Assembly (NCBI GenBank): GCA_045641505.1
Contig: JAZUHB010000045.1
Location: 752-64,751 of the forward strand
DNA: 64,000 bases
DNA from: Bianqueaceae bacterium
Lineage (GTDB): Bacteria; Bacillota; Clostridia; Lachnospirales; Bianqueaceae
Direction: 5' to 3'
The position numbers and the translations under genes are program-made. Numbering within the stretch: the first letter of the stretch is position 1; each line of letters starts with the position of its first letter. Below, piece by piece: positions 62,932 to 64,000 of the stretch. The notes under the pieces were generated by a model that was not told the DNA's origin, did not search any database, and worked only from the letters and a program-made list of their open reading frames with translations.

Positions 62932-64000
62932 ATGGATTACGCGAAAGAGTCCCTGCGCCTTCACGGCGAATGGAAAGGCAAGATCGAAGTCGTGGCCACC
63001 GTGCCCGTCGAGACAAAGGAAGACCTGAGCCTCGCTTACACCCCCGGTGTGGCGCAGCCCTGCCTGGAAATCCAGAAGGACGTCAACAAGAGCTATGACC
63101 TGACCCGCCGTCACAACCTCTGCGCGGTCATCACCGACGGCACCGCCGTCCTCGGCCTGGGCGACATCGGCCCCGAAGCCGGCATGCCCGTCATGGAGGG
63201 CAAATGCGTGCTCTTCAAGTCCTTCGGCAACGTGGACGCCTTCCCTCTCTGCATCAAATCCAAGGACGTGGACGAGATCGTCAACACCGTCTACCTGCTC
63301 TCCGGCTCCTTCGGCGGCGTCAACCTGGAGGACATCTCCGCGCCCCGCTGCTTCGAGATCGAGCGCAAGCTGAAGGAAAAGTGCGACATCCCGATCTTCC
63401 ACGATGACCAGCACGGCACCGCCGTCATCACCCTGGCCGGCCTGACCAACGCGCTGAAGGTCGTCGGCAAGAAGAAGGAGGACGTCAAGGTCGTCACCTC
63501 CGGTGCCGGCGCCGCCGCCATCTCCATCACCAAGCTGCTCCTCTCCGCGGGCTTCAAGAACATCGTCATGTGCGACCGCAAGGGCGCGATCTACGAGGGC
63601 CGCGAGGGTCTCAACTGGATCAAGGAAGAAATGGCCGCCGTCACCAACCGCGGCATGGAAAAGGGCACTCTGGCCGACGCGCTGGTCGGCGCTGACGTCT
63701 TCATCGGCGTTTCCGCTCCCGGCCTCGTGACCACCGAGATGGTCAAGACCATGGCCAAGGACGCCATCATCTTCGCCTGCGCGAACCCCACCCCCGAGAT
63801 CTATCCCGAGGATGCCAAAGCCGGCGGCGCCCGCGTCATCTCCACCGGCCGCTCCGACTATCCCAACCAGATCAACAACGTGCTGGCCTTCCCCGGCATC
63901 TTCCGCGGCACCTTCGACGTCCGCGCCAGCGACATCAACGAAGAGATGAAGATGGCCGCCGCCGAGGCCCTGGCCAGCCTGATCTCCGACGACGAGCTCT
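62932..64000 (+). CDS. maeB: NAD(P)-dependent malic enzyme (3' end outside the window; absent from the ORF track)
   Basis: I translated it as [21 protein letters not shown]...YTPGVA...[17 protein letters not shown]...FHDDQHGTA...GAGAAA...ANPTPE. RBS AAAGGAG. Confidence 0.9.
   Translation, partial: MDYAKESLRLHGEWKGKIEVVATVPVETKEDLSLAYTPGVAQPCLEIQKDVNKSYDLTRRHNLCAVITDGTAVLGLGDIGPEAGMPVMEGKCVLFKSFGNVDAFPLCIKSKDVDEIVNTVYLLSGSFGGVNLEDISAPRCFEIERKLKEKCDIPIFHDDQHGTAVITLAGLTNALKVVGKKKEDVKVVTSGAGAAAISITKLLLSAGFKNIVMCDRKGAIYEGREGLNWIKEEMAAVTNRGMEKGTLADALVGADVFIGVSAPGLVTTEMVKTMAKDAIIFACANPTPEIYPEDAKAGGARVISTGRSDYPNQINNVLAFPGIFRGTFDVRASDINEEMKMAAAEALASLISDDEL

Noticed and set aside
1-64000. rRNA, tRNA, tmRNA, riboswitch or T-box leaders
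   Set aside because: I recognised none while reading the intergenic regions. The asnA and nagA starts are translationally coupled, leaving no leader, and the thrS leader lies outside the window. This is a by-eye negative, not a covariance-model search.

Overview
High-GC chromosomal segment, probably from a Gram-positive clostridial (Oscillospiraceae/Ruminococcaceae-like) bacterium. That placement is an inference from LPXTG and lipoprotein signals, GGAGG ribosome-binding sites and LplABC-type sugar ABC systems. Nearly all genes between 3.8 and 62.7 kb lie on the minus strand.

Contents in order:
1. thrS (5' end outside the window), a small membrane protein and a stand-alone ABC-type ATPase.
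2. A 790-bp gene-free gap between convergent genes. It holds four 40-bp inverted-repeat units built on TTTACGACAAAT.
3. A NahK-like kinase gene and a 48-aa membrane peptide with its own promoter and terminator.
4. A ~20-kb, 15-gene minus-strand glycan-utilisation operon (25.6 to 5.4 kb). It encodes an esterase, ABC permeases and binding protein, three paralogous clan-GH-A-like hydrolases, a ceramidase-like hydrolase, a fucose-isomerase-like enzyme, an FGGY kinase, and a 1,984-aa membrane-anchored protein with ten F5/8-type-C (discoidin/CBM32-like) domains joined by (SEPE)n linkers.
5. A LacI regulator plus a sugar-phosphate isomerase/epimerase, flanked by TTTCGAAA palindromes.
6. A hypothetical protein, an EamA transporter, a GDPD phosphodiesterase and a HAD-IIA hydrolase.
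7. A second ~10.5-kb operon (42.3 to 31.8 kb): GH-A-like lipoprotein, isomerase-like protein, ABC system, GH2, and two surface proteins carrying an unassigned repeated domain (one LPXTG-anchored). A divergent AraC regulator sits beside it.
8. A 9.1-kb lower-GC island (43851-52927) encoding a WapA/RHS-type polymorphic toxin, immunity genes and an orphan HINT-toxin cassette. It is bracketed by 89-bp direct repeats that duplicate the 3' end of the neighbouring GH31 gene.
9. GH31, a PfkB kinase, an MDR dehydrogenase, asnA, nagA, an 834-aa internally repetitive lipoprotein, and a malic enzyme (3' end outside the window).

I recognised no rRNA, tRNA, CRISPR array, transposase or integrase. All functional calls rest on my reading of the translated ORFs and sequence motifs; no database search was run.
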